Below, piece by piece: positions 55,016 through 64,000 of a DNA stretch of 64,000 bases (position 1 is the first letter of the stretch; every line of letters starts with the position of its first letter). The stretch covers positions 47,828 through 111,827 of the forward strand of contig JBGAIM010000004.1 in assembly GCA_044225555.1 (NCBI GenBank), given 5' to 3'. Made by a program: the position numbers and the translations under genes. The notes under the pieces were generated by a model that saw nothing but the letters and a program-made list of their open reading frames with translations, was not told the DNA's origin and did not search any database. Origin of the DNA: Limisphaerales bacterium (lineage in GTDB: Bacteria > Verrucomicrobiota > Verrucomicrobiia > Limisphaerales > JADLHS01).

Positions 55016-55086
55016 TGGTTCGCGCGGAAGGACTCCCACCTTCGAGTTATGAGCATCAGGCGCTGGCGATTGAGCCACGCGAGCGA
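55016..55086 (-). ncRNA. degenerate tRNA-like element, initiator-tRNA-derived (CAU-containing loop), encoded A-CCA end
   Basis: Minus strand: TCGCTCG-CG-TGGC-TCAATC-GCCA-..GCTCATAACTCGAAGGT..-GAAGG-TGGGAGT-CCTTC-CGCGCGA-A-CCA. Acceptor pairs 6/7. The anticodon arm cannot be folded. Confidence 0.3.
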
Positions 55087-55094
55087 TGGGCAAT

Positions 55095-55168
55095 TGGCTG
55101 CTCAGGCTGGAATCGCACCAGCATATTCCGGGTAACAACCGGAGGGATTACGGTCATCCGACTGAGGA
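55095..55168 (-). tRNA. tRNA-Asn(GUU)-like gene with non-canonical T loop (UGCGAUU), no D-loop GG, encoded CCA
   Basis: Minus strand: TCCTCAG-TC-GGAT-GACCGTA-ATCC-C-TCCGG-TTGTTAC-CCGGA-ATAT-GCTGG-TGCGATT-CCAGC-CTGAGCA-G-CCA. All stems pair except C2.C71. Confidence 0.6.
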
Positions 55169-55175
55169 ATGAAAT

Positions 55176-55251
55176 TGGTCAGCGCGGCAGGAGTTGCACC
55201 TGCGTATGCTCGGTCCCAAGCCGAGGGCGTTGGCTGCTACGCTACGCGCTG
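55176..55251 (-). tRNA. tRNA-Pro(UGG)-like gene with non-canonical T loop (UGCAACU), no D-loop GG, encoded CCA
   Basis: Minus strand: CAGCGCG-TA-GCGT-AGCAGCCA-ACGC-C-CTCGG-CTTGGGA-CCGAG-CATAC-GCAGG-TGCAACT-CCTGC-CGCGCTG-A-CCA. A 76-nt perfect cloverleaf with U8, A14, A21, U33, G37 and A58 present. Confidence 0.65.
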
Positions 55252-55388
55252 ATGACTCCGAGCGGTTGAAAAGAAACGTCGGAGTGGAGAACACGACACC
55301 GAAAACCCTGGCCATCGGCATCGCGGTAAGATTTGAAATTGGTGCTCCCAGCGGCCAACGCCCCGCAAATCAAAATTCGTAAATGGTT

Positions 55389-55462
55389 TGGTGCGGTTGC
55401 CGGGAGTCGCACCCGGACATGCTCGCTGGCAAGGAGCCAATCTGCTCTTAAATCACAACCGT
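55389..55462 (-). ncRNA. tRNA-Gly(GCC)-derived tRNA-like element (no foldable D arm), T loop UGCGACU, encoded A-CCA
   Basis: Minus strand: ACGGTTG-TG-ATTTAAGAGCAGATTG-GCTCC-TTGCCAG-CGAGC-ATGT-CCGGG-TGCGACT-CCCGG-CAACCGC-A-CCA. A1.C72 and C31.C39 are mismatches. Confidence 0.35.
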
Positions 55463-55797
55463 GGAAATTGAAAGGGCCGGGAGCGTCATTGCGCTTCCGA
55501 CCCAGGCCATTTCAATAAAGAACAAACACCTCTTGCTAGCTTGCGCTACCAACCCGCGGTTTCACGGCGGCTGTTTCGGTGTTTAGGGGCACACCTCCTC
55601 CAAAGCCCTTCGATTGTAAAAGCTGTTCAAATGGTCTCGGCGCGCGGTTTCGCCCCGCGTGGGCACACCACGTCGGTGGAACGCCATCGCGTTCCGGCAC
55701 CTCAATTCGTTTGGCACGGTCCGACATCATCAAGACGTCACTTTGCGAAAACTCACAGTTATCCTTTCGTTGCCGCCATCCACTATCAGTTTCAGGG

Positions 55798-55832
55798 AAA
55801 CAAAAAACCCTGCTTCCCGTCGGGAAGCAGGG
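55798..55832 (-). terminator. rho-independent terminator
   Basis: On the minus strand CCCTGCTTCCC-GAC-GGGAAGCAGGG is followed by TTTTTTGTTT. Confidence 0.75.
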
Positions 55833-55853
55833 TGGGGAGAAAACTTAATCTCG

Positions 55854-56030
55854 TTACGACTTTACCTGCTTGCCGGGAGTCCAATTGGGAATCAGCCCAT
55901 AACGGGACCGGGTTACCAATCGGCCTTGGCCGAATTCACAGCCGAGGATGGCGCGATCATGACGCGTCGCATTTGGCGCGACCCGTTTCATCGTCCAGCC
56001 CGGGGCTGATATGTTCATGCAGTTTCTCAT
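55854..56030 (-). CDS. 58-aa ORF resembling an internal fragment of an SOS-response-associated peptidase (SRAP/YedK)
   Basis: MRNCMNISAPGWTMKRVAPNATRHDRAILGCEFGQGRLVTRSRYGLIPNWTPGKQVKS. RYGLIPNW resembles the WGLIPxW motif. There is no MCGR N-terminus. The stop lies 22 nt before the terminator. Confidence 0.2.
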   Translation of the reverse strand: MRNCMNISAPGWTMKRVAPNATRHDRAILGCEFGQGRLVTRSRYGLIPNWTPGKQVKS

Positions 56031-56426
56031 CGAACGTGCGAGACGTGTATCACGCGGGCGCGGTTACCGTCCACTTATACTTTGCAGGTAGTCACTATTT
56101 TGAAACCAAATATCCGAATTGATTGATACCAAACTGTCACACCGACAACCTCCACTCAACTGCGGCCGTGCGGGACCGGCGGCCACAAATCGGAAGTCCT
56201 CAAGAAATCCATGCGCGCCCGGCGGGGGACTTCAAGCCTGGACAACCTGAACAGCCATACTATTTCAAATTGGGCCGTGGTCGCACATTGACGGTCCGGT
56301 TGGAGTTTGCTACCACCCTTGGGAATCACAACACCTGATTTCGTATCTGACATTTTTGAAGTGCCGGCTTTGCTTCCCAGGCTGCCCGCCCACGGATTTG
56401 TCACGGTCCGGATTCGCGCAAAATAA

Positions 56427-59400
56427 ATGATCAAGCCGGGCTCACATCCCAACCATGACGGCTTCCGCGAAAAATTGCGGCTCGTTCTGACGACCTTGGT
56501 TGCCGTCGGGCTCTGGGGCCACCCGGTTGAAGCACCCGCGGCCAATGCAGTGACAAAAACTGATTTCAATCGCGATGTGCGACCGATCCTGTCGGATAAC
56601 TGCTACGCGTGTCACGGTCCGGACAGTGGAAAGCGCAAAGCCGGCTTGCGACTCGATCTGAAAGAAAGCGCACTCGCCAGGCTAAAATCAGACGCCGTGG
56701 CCATTGTCCCCGGCCACCCGGAGGCAAGCGCCCTCGTCGAACGCATCACAACCACCAAGGAGGATGACCTGATGCCGCCCGTCCAGACCGGCAAGCATCT
56801 TACAAAAAATCAGATCGAAGTGTTGCGACGCTGGGTGGCCGAAGGCGCGGAGTGGAAACCGCACTGGTCGTTCATCAAACCGGAACGCCCGGCGGTGCCA
56901 GCCGTGAAGAACCAAGCCTGGGCGCGCAATCCGATTGATTCATTCATTCTGGCCCGGCTCGACCGGGAAAAACTGCGCCCGAGCCCGGAGGCGGACAAGA
57001 GCACCCTGATCCGCCGGGTAACTTTCGATCTTACCGGTCTGCCGCCCACGCCGGACGAAGTGGATGCCTATCTCGCCGACCGCAGTCCAGAGGCTTACGA
57101 GCATTTGGTGGATCGCCTGCTGCAATCGCCGCGTTACGGCGAGCACGAGGCACGGTACTGGCTGGACGTGGCCCGCTACGGCGACACCCATGGACTGCAC
57201 CTGGACAATGAACGCTCGATGTGGCCATATCGGGACTGGGTGGTGGCCGCGTTCAACCGCAATCTGCCCTTCGATCAATTCACGACCGAACAACTTGCCG
57301 GCGATCTCCTGCCCGCACCCACGCGCGATCAGAAAGTTGCCAGTGGCTTCAACCGCTGCAACGTCAGCACCAGCGAAGGCGGCGCGATTGACGAGGAATT
57401 CTATGTCCGATACGCCGTGGACCGTACGGAAACCATGGCAACGACCTGGCTCGGCTTGACGGTCGGTTGCGCGGCCTGTCACGACCACAAATACGACCCG
57501 ATCTCGCAAAAGGAATTCTACCAGCTCTACGCGTTCTTCAACAACATCAGCGAAGCCGCCATGGACGGCAACGCGCTGCTGCCCCCGCCGATTCTGAAAC
57601 TGCCCTCGCCGGAGCAGCAACAGAAGCTCGACGAGTTTGACCAGAAAATCGCGGCGTTGGAAAAAGGCATTCGCGATGAGGTGGGCAAGATTGCTTATCT
57701 CGAACCGGCGCCTCAGCCCGGGCCCACAAATACCGAGCCCCAGGATTTTGTCTGGGTCGAGGATGATTTCCCGAAAGGCGCCAAGGTTCGCAGCGATGGC
57801 GCAAAACTGAACTGGGTGAAGGGCGAGCGCGTTTTCAGCGGCCAACGCGCGCTGGCTCGCACGGACACCGGTCTCGCGCAGGATTTTTTCAGCGGCGCAG
57901 TGCAACCTCTGGTGGTCAGCACGCAGGACACATTCTTTGTCCAGGTTTACTTGGAACTGACCAATGCGCCCCGGACCATCATGTTGCAACTTCACACCAC
58001 GGATTGGTTGTATCGCGCGAACTGGGGGGACGAGAACACGATCGACTGGGGCGAAAAGGGAACGCCCAGCAAACTCTTGATGGGCGCCCTGCCCACGGCC
58101 GGCGAATGGGTCCGGCTGGAAGTTGCGGCCGCGAAGTTTGGTTTGCCCGAAGGAACGAAGATAGACGGCTTTGCGTTCGCCCAGTTTGGCGGGACAGTTT
58201 ATTGGGACCGCGCCGGTCTCCGCACCGCCACGCCTCCGGAAGATCGCTCGGGCGAGTCGCTCCTGGTTTGGGAACAGCAGGAGGCCAAGCTCGAAAAATC
58301 GGGCGTGCCGCAGAAGGTGCGCGACGCCATCAAACGCAAAACCGCGGATCGCACACCCGAACAGACCAAGTTGATTCGGGACTACTATGTGGAAAATGTT
58401 TATGCGCCGGTCCGGGAGATCTTTGACCCGCTGCACAAGCAAATGGCCGACACTCGCATGCAACGCGAGGAATTCGACAAATCCATCCCCGCCACCATGA
58501 TTTCGCAGGAGAATGACAAACCGCGGGAAGCGTTCCTGCTCAAACGCGGCCAATACGACCAACGCGGCGAGCCGGTGGTTCGCGCCGTGCCAGCGGTTTT
58601 GCCGCCCTTGAGCGCGGGAGGCAACACCACCAACCGCCTGGACCTCGCTCGCTGGCTCGTCAACCCCGGGCATCCGCTCACGGCGCGCGTCACGGTCAAC
58701 CGGCTCTGGCAGCAATTCTTCGGGACTGGTCTGGTAAAGACCGCAGGCGACTTCGGCGCCACTGGCGAATGGCCGTCGCATCCGGAATTGCTCGACTGGC
58801 TCGCCACGGAATTTGTGCAACAAGGCTGGGACCTGAAACACCTGATCCGCCTGCTGGTGACCAGCGCCACTTACCGCCAAAGCTCGGCGGTGACACCCGC
58901 CCTGGTTCAGAAGGATCCGCAAAACCGTTTGCTGGCACGGGGACCGCGCTTCCGGCTCGACGCCGAGATGATCCGGGACAACGCGCTTTTTGTCAGCGGA
59001 CTGCTGGTGGAGAGAATGGGCGGCCGAGGGGTGAAGCCATATCAACCGCCTGGCATCTGGGAGGCGGTTGGTTACACGACCAGCGACACGGCCAAATTTA
59101 CGCAGGATCACGGCGAGGCGCTTTATCGCCGCAGCCTTTACACCTTCTGGAAACGCACCGCCGCCCCGCCCTACTTGACGACCTTTGATGCCCCGTCGCG
59201 CGAGAAGTACTGCACCCGGCGGGAACGCACTGACACCCCGCTGCAAGCCTTGGTGACCATGAATGACCCGCAATATGTCGAAGCGGCCCGCCAGCTCGGC
59301 GCGCGCATGTTGCAGTATCCGGGCAACACCGAGCGACGGCTCACGTTTGGTTTCCGCCTCGTGACCGCCCGGCTCCCGTCGTCGTTTGAGAAATCGGTTC

Positions 59401-59579
59401 TGACCGCCACCCTCAAAAAGTTCCTTGGCCAGTACGAACAGAATCCGGAAGCGGCGAAGAAGCTGGTCTCGGTGGGAGAATCGCCAGTCAACGAGGAATT
59501 GAACCCACCGGAACTGGCCGCCTACACGATGGTCGGCAGCCTGCTGCTGAATCTGGATGAAACGCTGAACAAGAACTGA
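56427..59579 (+). CDS. PSCyt1 / DUF1549 / DUF1553 (PSD1-type) protein
   Basis: N-terminal planctomycete cytochrome-c-like motif [10 protein letters not shown]. Typical DUF1549 ([13 protein letters not shown]) and DUF1553 ([11 protein letters not shown]) motifs. Confidence 0.85.
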   Translation: MIKPGSHPNHDGFREKLRLVLTTLVAVGLWGHPVEAPAANAVTKTDFNRDVRPILSDNCYACHGPDSGKRKAGLRLDLKESALARLKSDAVAIVPGHPEASALVERITTTKEDDLMPPVQTGKHLTKNQIEVLRRWVAEGAEWKPHWSFIKPERPAVPAVKNQAWARNPIDSFILARLDREKLRPSPEADKSTLIRRVTFDLTGLPPTPDEVDAYLADRSPEAYEHLVDRLLQSPRYGEHEARYWLDVARYGDTHGLHLDNERSMWPYRDWVVAAFNRNLPFDQFTTEQLAGDLLPAPTRDQKVASGFNRCNVSTSEGGAIDEEFYVRYAVDRTETMATTWLGLTVGCAACHDHKYDPISQKEFYQLYAFFNNISEAAMDGNALLPPPILKLPSPEQQQKLDEFDQKIAALEKGIRDEVGKIAYLEPAPQPGPTNTEPQDFVWVEDDFPKGAKVRSDGAKLNWVKGERVFSGQRALARTDTGLAQDFFSGAVQPLVVSTQDTFFVQVYLELTNAPRTIMLQLHTTDWLYRANWGDENTIDWGEKGTPSKLLMGALPTAGEWVRLEVAAAKFGLPEGTKIDGFAFAQFGGTVYWDRAGLRTATPPEDRSGESLLVWEQQEAKLEKSGVPQKVRDAIKRKTADRTPEQTKLIRDYYVENVYAPVREIFDPLHKQMADTRMQREEFDKSIPATMISQENDKPREAFLLKRGQYDQRGEPVVRAVPAVLPPLSAGGNTTNRLDLARWLVNPGHPLTARVTVNRLWQQFFGTGLVKTAGDFGATGEWPSHPELLDWLATEFVQQGWDLKHLIRLLVTSATYRQSSAVTPALVQKDPQNRLLARGPRFRLDAEMIRDNALFVSGLLVERMGGRGVKPYQPPGIWEAVGYTTSDTAKFTQDHGEALYRRSLYTFWKRTAAPPYLTTFDAPSREKYCTRRERTDTPLQALVTMNDPQYVEAARQLGARMLQYPGNTERRLTFGFRLVTARLPSSFEKSVLTATLKKFLGQYEQNPEAAKKLVSVGESPVNEELNPPELAAYTMVGSLLLNLDETLNKN

Positions 59580-59590
59580 ATGCCGCCACC

Positions 59591-61066
59591 ATGAATCCCC
59601 TGCACGAACGACTTCAGCAAATCAGCCGCCGACATTTCTTCAAGACGACCGGGCTCGCCGCCGGACGAATTGCACTGGCAGGCATGCTGCTCCCCGAACT
59701 CGCGCGCGCGGCAACGAAGAACAAAGTGGTGACCCGGGCGCATCCGCCGCTGCCGGGATTGCCGCACTTCGCGCCCAAGGCCAAGCGGCTGATTTACCTG
59801 TTCATGAATGGCGGGCCGTCGCAGATGGATCTGCTCGACTACAAGCCCGGCCTCGAAAAGATCTACGACACCGATCTGCCCGACTCGATTCGTCAAGGTC
59901 AACGGCTAACGACCATGACCAGCGGCCAGACGCGCTTCCCGATTGCCCCTTCAAAATACTCGTTCAAACAATACGGCCAGTCCGGCATGTGGTTCAGCGA
60001 GCTGCTGCCGCACACGGCGAAAATTGCGGACGACATCGCCGTGATCAAGTCGGTCCACACCGAGGCCATCAATCACGATCCTGCGGTCACTTTCATCCAG
60101 ACCGGCAATCAAATTCCGGGCAAGCCCAGTCTGGGCTCCTGGCTCTCATACGGCCTCGGCAGTGAGTGTGACAATCTGCCCGCCTTCGTCGTCATGACTC
60201 CCCGCTGGTCGGCCAAACGCGATGCGCAGGCGTTGTATCAGCGTTTGTGGGAGGCGGGCTTTCTCCCGACCCGGCACGCGGGGGTGGCCTTGCGTTCCAA
60301 GGGCGATTCCGTGTTATATCTCAATGACCCGCCGGGCGTGGATGCGGTGGGCCGCCGCACCATGCTCGATGCGCTCGCGAAATTGAATCAAGCCGAATAC
60401 AAGAAAGTCGGCGACCCGGAAATCAACACGCGCATTGCCCAATACGAAATGGCATTCCGGCTGCAAAGCTCCGTGCCGGATCTGACCAACATCGCCAACG
60501 AGGAGCAGGCCACGCTGGACCTTTACGGCCCGGAAGTGACCTCACCCGGAACTTTTGCCCACAGCGCACTGATGGCCCGCCGGCTCGCCGAACGGGGCGT
60601 GCGTTGCATCGAGATTTTCCATCGCGAATGGGACCATCACGGCGATCTCGAACGCGACCTGCCACTGCAATGCCGGGATGTTGACCAGGCTTGTTTTGGA
60701 CTCGTCACCGACTTGAAGAACCGGGGTATGCTGGATGAAACCCTCGTCGTCTGGGGCGGTGAATTCGGGCGCACGGTTTATTGCCAGGGCAAGCTGACCC
60801 GCGATAGCTACGGTCGCGACCATCATCCGCGGTGTTTCACGATGTGGATGGCTGGTGGCGGCGTCAAGGGCGGGACGATCTACGGCGAAACGGATGATTT
60901 CAGCTACAACGTGGTGAAAGACCCGGTGCATATCCGCGACATCAACGCCACGATCCTGCATTGTCTTGGCATCGATCACCGACTCCTCACCTATAAATTC
61001 CAAGGGCTGGATCAACGCCTGACCGGTGTGGAGGAAGCAAATCCGGTGAGCGGCATTCTTGGGTAG
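59591..61066 (+). CDS. DUF1501 (sulfatase-fold) protein with Tat signal
   Basis: [19 protein letters not shown] leader. [10 protein letters not shown] and [10 protein letters not shown] motifs. This is the canonical partner of the PSD1-type gene. Confidence 0.85.
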   Translation: MNPLHERLQQISRRHFFKTTGLAAGRIALAGMLLPELARAATKNKVVTRAHPPLPGLPHFAPKAKRLIYLFMNGGPSQMDLLDYKPGLEKIYDTDLPDSIRQGQRLTTMTSGQTRFPIAPSKYSFKQYGQSGMWFSELLPHTAKIADDIAVIKSVHTEAINHDPAVTFIQTGNQIPGKPSLGSWLSYGLGSECDNLPAFVVMTPRWSAKRDAQALYQRLWEAGFLPTRHAGVALRSKGDSVLYLNDPPGVDAVGRRTMLDALAKLNQAEYKKVGDPEINTRIAQYEMAFRLQSSVPDLTNIANEEQATLDLYGPEVTSPGTFAHSALMARRLAERGVRCIEIFHREWDHHGDLERDLPLQCRDVDQACFGLVTDLKNRGMLDETLVVWGGEFGRTVYCQGKLTRDSYGRDHHPRCFTMWMAGGGVKGGTIYGETDDFSYNVVKDPVHIRDINATILHCLGIDHRLLTYKFQGLDQRLTGVEEANPVSGILG

Positions 61067-62364
61067 CCCGCCAACAGGGAACGAAGCTCGGGGTGGGTTT
61101 GTTTGAGGATGTTCGAAATCCGGATCCGTTCCTCCGTCTCAAGGTACGCATACCGCGGATCTGGATTCGTCCGATGCAACGCGCGAATCAGCCGGGCATA
61201 AACGCGCTTCTTCAACTCTGTCGGCAGCGCGAGAAAGCAGTCCGAATAAATCAGGTAACTGCAGCGGTTCTTGAACAGATGTCCCGCCAGTTGAAAATCC
61301 TTGAGCGAACTGCCATCGCTGGCCCGGGGCACATTCACCCGAAAAGCGCTCTGAAACGCGGCCGCGCCCTCCAAGCCATCCGGCAACGGGGCTTCGCCTT
61401 TGTACAGAAGGTCATCAACCACATCCTCGGCCGCACCTTCGAACACGTGCCGGACGCTGTCGTAGGTCAGATCGTCGGTCACGGGCTCCTTCAGTTCGAG
61501 TTGGAGATTCCGTTGGTAGGCGAGCATGCGGCGACAATCGAGCGAGGCGCGTGTGATGGTATTCTGCACCGCCGTCTGCTGCTCGAAAACCAGCAACGCC
61601 ACGATGTCGCTACCGGGCGCGAGGTAGGGTTTGGTTGCAACCAAGTCCGACAGGTCCGCGACATTTGCTCCCCGCTTGAAGTTCACCACCAGTTGCCCGT
61701 CTTTGTCCTGGGCCAGAACATTGCCCCGGTGCAGTGCCTTGCCGTGCTTGCCCGTCACATACCACCCACCCCAACGATTGGTAAACGGCGTCCGGAAATC
61801 CACCACTTCCGAACCAAACCGAAACAGCGGTTCGCCCGTATCACTGGTAAACACGGAGCGGGCAAACACCCCGGGAATCCCGCGAACGAAAATGCCCCCG
61901 TGACAGGACAGGCAATTGCTGTCCCGGACCGGATGCGGCTCGGCAACATTCGGATTGAGACTGTAGAAGATGGGACCGAGCTGGGGATCAATGGTCGCGA
62001 TTTCGATCAAACCACCGGGCACCCAACCCACGTAACTCGCGTCTGAAAAATAGATCGCCCGCGGCCGGTCAGGAGAAATGATCTGGCGTTGAAAACTCGT
62101 CTTGGAGAATACCAGCATCTGACTCTCGGGCGGGATGCGCAGTTCCTGCAAAACGCGCTGCACGATTTCTTTTCCACTCCCGGTCCACTTCAACTCTCCC
62201 GCCGCGACCCGGGCCTGCAATTGTGCCATCGCATCACGCGCTGGTGCCGAGGAGTAATTGATCGGCGGTCGCTCGTACAACTCTTCACCTTGCGCTCCGG
62301 CCTTGTTCCCGGCCAGCAGCGTGATCAGCAGCATCGTCAAGATCGCAAATGTTTTCCGACTCAT
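61012..62364 (-). CDS. secreted hypothetical protein with one CxxCH haem-binding motif
   Basis: ATG 62364 plus signal peptide ([19 protein letters not shown]). CLSCH motif. The 3' end overlaps the DUF1501 gene by 55 nt (convergent). Confidence 0.5.
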   Translation of the reverse strand: MSRKTFAILTMLLITLLAGNKAGAQGEELYERPPINYSSAPARDAMAQLQARVAAGELKWTGSGKEIVQRVLQELRIPPESQMLVFSKTSFQRQIISPDRPRAIYFSDASYVGWVPGGLIEIATIDPQLGPIFYSLNPNVAEPHPVRDSNCLSCHGGIFVRGIPGVFARSVFTSDTGEPLFRFGSEVVDFRTPFTNRWGGWYVTGKHGKALHRGNVLAQDKDGQLVVNFKRGANVADLSDLVATKPYLAPGSDIVALLVFEQQTAVQNTITRASLDCRRMLAYQRNLQLELKEPVTDDLTYDSVRHVFEGAAEDVVDDLLYKGEAPLPDGLEGAAAFQSAFRVNVPRASDGSSLKDFQLAGHLFKNRCSYLIYSDCFLALPTELKKRVYARLIRALHRTNPDPRYAYLETEERIRISNILKQTHPELRSLLAGYPRMPLTGFASSTPVRR

Positions 62365-62465
62365 GATTCCGTGGCGCCGGGTCTTCCACAGCGCCCCAAG
62401 CATGCGGTCATTCTAAGACCTGGCTGGCGCCCCTCCTTGACCCAGATCAAACCTTCCGAAGGCAA

Positions 62466-63473
62466 TTATTCCAGGTCGGCAGGCTTCACCCCGGGTTTGA
62501 ATTTGCCAAAGCCGAACTGGGTGGGCTTGAACTCCCCGACGTAATCCACGTCAGCCTCGGCCGGCAGCCGGTCCCCCAATCCGAGCGTCCAATAGCACGC
62601 GTTAACCAACAGGCGGCGTAAGCCCACGCTCTCCAGGTCCGTCGCCGCGCCCATGGTCGTCGTCACGATCTGATTTGTTTTTCCACCCGCACCGGCATAG
62701 TTCAGCGTCCAGACGAGCGGCATCATGGGACTGTTCTTCGGTCCCTCGAGGGGCGAATCCCCGGGCTTCATGCCGGCCAGCACCTGTCCGCGAACGAGCA
62801 CTTGGGCGGAATCCGGCAGATGGACAACCCCATAAACATCGCTGGGCCCCCAAATATCGGTGACCCCTCGCAAGACGGGATGCGCTTTGAATTGTTCGTT
62901 GAGGATGCCGCGCGTGCTTTGCTTGCCGTGGTCGCCATGATGATTGACCCAGGTTTCACCCAGCACCTGCTGACCAAAACCACCCGGCCAATCCTTGCTA
63001 TCCCAACTGAACCGCGCATACGGGCTTTGCTTGTTCCGGCTGTAGGCAAATGCGTGCGTGCTGGTGCGGAGGGCAATGATCGGCTTGCCACGATCCAGAT
63101 AGTCCACGAAATGTTTCATCTCCGCATCCGGCAATTCGCGGAAGCGCAGGAGCATGACGCACAAATCGGCGGAGTCGAGCGCCTCCATTCCGGGGATGTT
63201 GGTCTGCGTATTGGGATCAATCGTGCCGTCCTTCGGATTGATGGCAAAGAGCACGGTACATTTGAACCCGTGGCGCGTGGCGAGCAGCTTCGCCAGCATC
63301 GGCAACCCTTCCTCGGAACGATATTCCTCGTCGCCGCTCAGGAACACGATGTGCCGGCCCGGCCCCGCCCCTTTCGCGCCCTCATACGTTACCCAGTCCC
63401 TGCCCGGCGCGAGGTTGCACATCGCGAACATCAGCGCTGAGGCAAAAATAACGGCAATTGATCTGGCTCTCAT
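62466..63473 (-). CDS. ThuA-like (class-I glutamine-amidotransferase-fold) secreted protein
   Basis: ATG 63473 (MRARSIAVIFASALMF) lies 4 nt after the upstream stop. HIVFLSGDEEYRSEEGLPMLAKLL is typical of PVC ThuA-domain proteins. Confidence 0.6.
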   Translation of the reverse strand: MRARSIAVIFASALMFAMCNLAPGRDWVTYEGAKGAGPGRHIVFLSGDEEYRSEEGLPMLAKLLATRHGFKCTVLFAINPKDGTIDPNTQTNIPGMEALDSADLCVMLLRFRELPDAEMKHFVDYLDRGKPIIALRTSTHAFAYSRNKQSPYARFSWDSKDWPGGFGQQVLGETWVNHHGDHGKQSTRGILNEQFKAHPVLRGVTDIWGPSDVYGVVHLPDSAQVLVRGQVLAGMKPGDSPLEGPKNSPMMPLVWTLNYAGAGGKTNQIVTTTMGAATDLESVGLRRLLVNACYWTLGLGDRLPAEADVDYVGEFKPTQFGFGKFKPGVKPADLE

Positions 63474-63477
63474 AATG

Positions 63478-64000
63478 TCAATGTTGGTGTTGATGCCCGG
63501 GAGCATTGCCTCCCGACTTCACGAAAGCAAGCAGGTCCAGGATTTCCTCGGCCGAAAGTGTATTCAGCAACCCGAGCGGCATGAGCGAGGACTTCTGGGG
63601 TTGCTGGGATTTGATTTCCGATCTTTTCAGCGGTTGAATCAACGCGGCAACGGGTCCGCTCTGCACCGTCAGCACTTCCCCCTCCTCCTTGACGATCATC
63701 CCCGACACTTCGTCACCGTTTTGCAGTTCAAAATCAAAGCCGCGATAGCGATTGCTGACCACGAGCGATGGTTCGAGGATCTGCCGCAGGAGCTCGGCCG
63801 CGTTGTCTTGATAACGGGTGAAGACATCCGTCAGTTCCGGTCCGTAGCTGACTCCTACCGAACCGAGCTGGTGGCACGAAGCACACGCGAGTCGGGTGAA
63901 AGCCTCCTTTCCTCGTGCCAGATTTCGACCGGCATCCAGTTTCGAAAGTTCGGGCGTGAGATCGCTCAATTTCCATTCGGTAATCTTGGGTTGCGCGGAC
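63478..64000 (-). CDS. c-type cytochrome domain protein, C-terminal part (gene continues beyond the window edge)
   Basis: The frame stays open to position 64000. CASCH haem motif and the ..SLMPLGLLNTLSAEEILDLLAFV tail, typical of PVC membrane-bound dehydrogenase / cytochrome fusions. Confidence 0.6.
   Translation of the reverse strand, partial: SAQPKITEWKLSDLTPELSKLDAGRNLARGKEAFTRLACASCHQLGSVGVSYGPELTDVFTRYQDNAAELLRQILEPSLVVSNRYRGFDFELQNGDEVSGMIVKEEGEVLTVQSGPVAALIQPLKRSEIKSQQPQKSSLMPLGLLNTLSAEEILDLLAFVKSGGNAPGHQHQH

Overview
High-GC (roughly 58-60% by eye) bacterial chromosomal segment. Gene content looks like the PVC superphylum (Verrucomicrobiota/Planctomycetota-like): a PSCyt/DUF1549/DUF1553 + DUF1501 pair, a prepilin-type N-methylation-motif protein, secreted LRR + FGE-fold proteins, a sulfatase and many secreted hydrolases. 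I support about 55 protein genes. Most long antisense ORFs in the track are GC-driven shadow ORFs. The first residue printed as M in the track is often GTG or TTG, so I re-derived starts where an ATG, a signal peptide or a 4-nt ATGA stop/start overlap was visible. Four regions stand out. (1) 29.9-40.5 kb holds a 12-gene divergon. It joins two ADP-ribosylglycohydrolases (one fused to a receiver-like domain), a macrodomain, NADAR, a deoxyribosyltransferase-like/Nudix fusion, RNA 2'-phosphotransferase KptA, nicotinamidase PncA and an NrtR-type regulator. These lie divergent from PnuC, NadR-like, NadK and an NMNAT-like/methyltransferase fusion, with a perfect 19-bp palindrome in the shared control region. 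(2) 55.0-55.5 kb holds a tight minus-strand array of tRNA-like genes: Pro-UGG and Asn-GUU with full cloverleaves, plus Gly-GCC-derived and initiator-derived degenerate copies. All have encoded CCA, a T loop reading G-U-G-C instead of G-T-Psi-C, and no D-loop GG. The array lies directly upstream of small ORFs and a compact RtcB RNA ligase. (3) A second, long-form RtcB sits 5 nt downstream of a clearly low-GC DUF4238 gene. (4) Smaller items: a multi-PAS histidine kinase interrupted by an in-frame TAA, tandem LRR/FGE-fold paralogs lacking one catalytic cysteine, shared upstream motifs, and short terminator-bounded ORFs. No rRNA, CRISPR array or recognisable transposase was seen. All family assignments come from motif recognition by eye and need HMM or BLAST confirmation.
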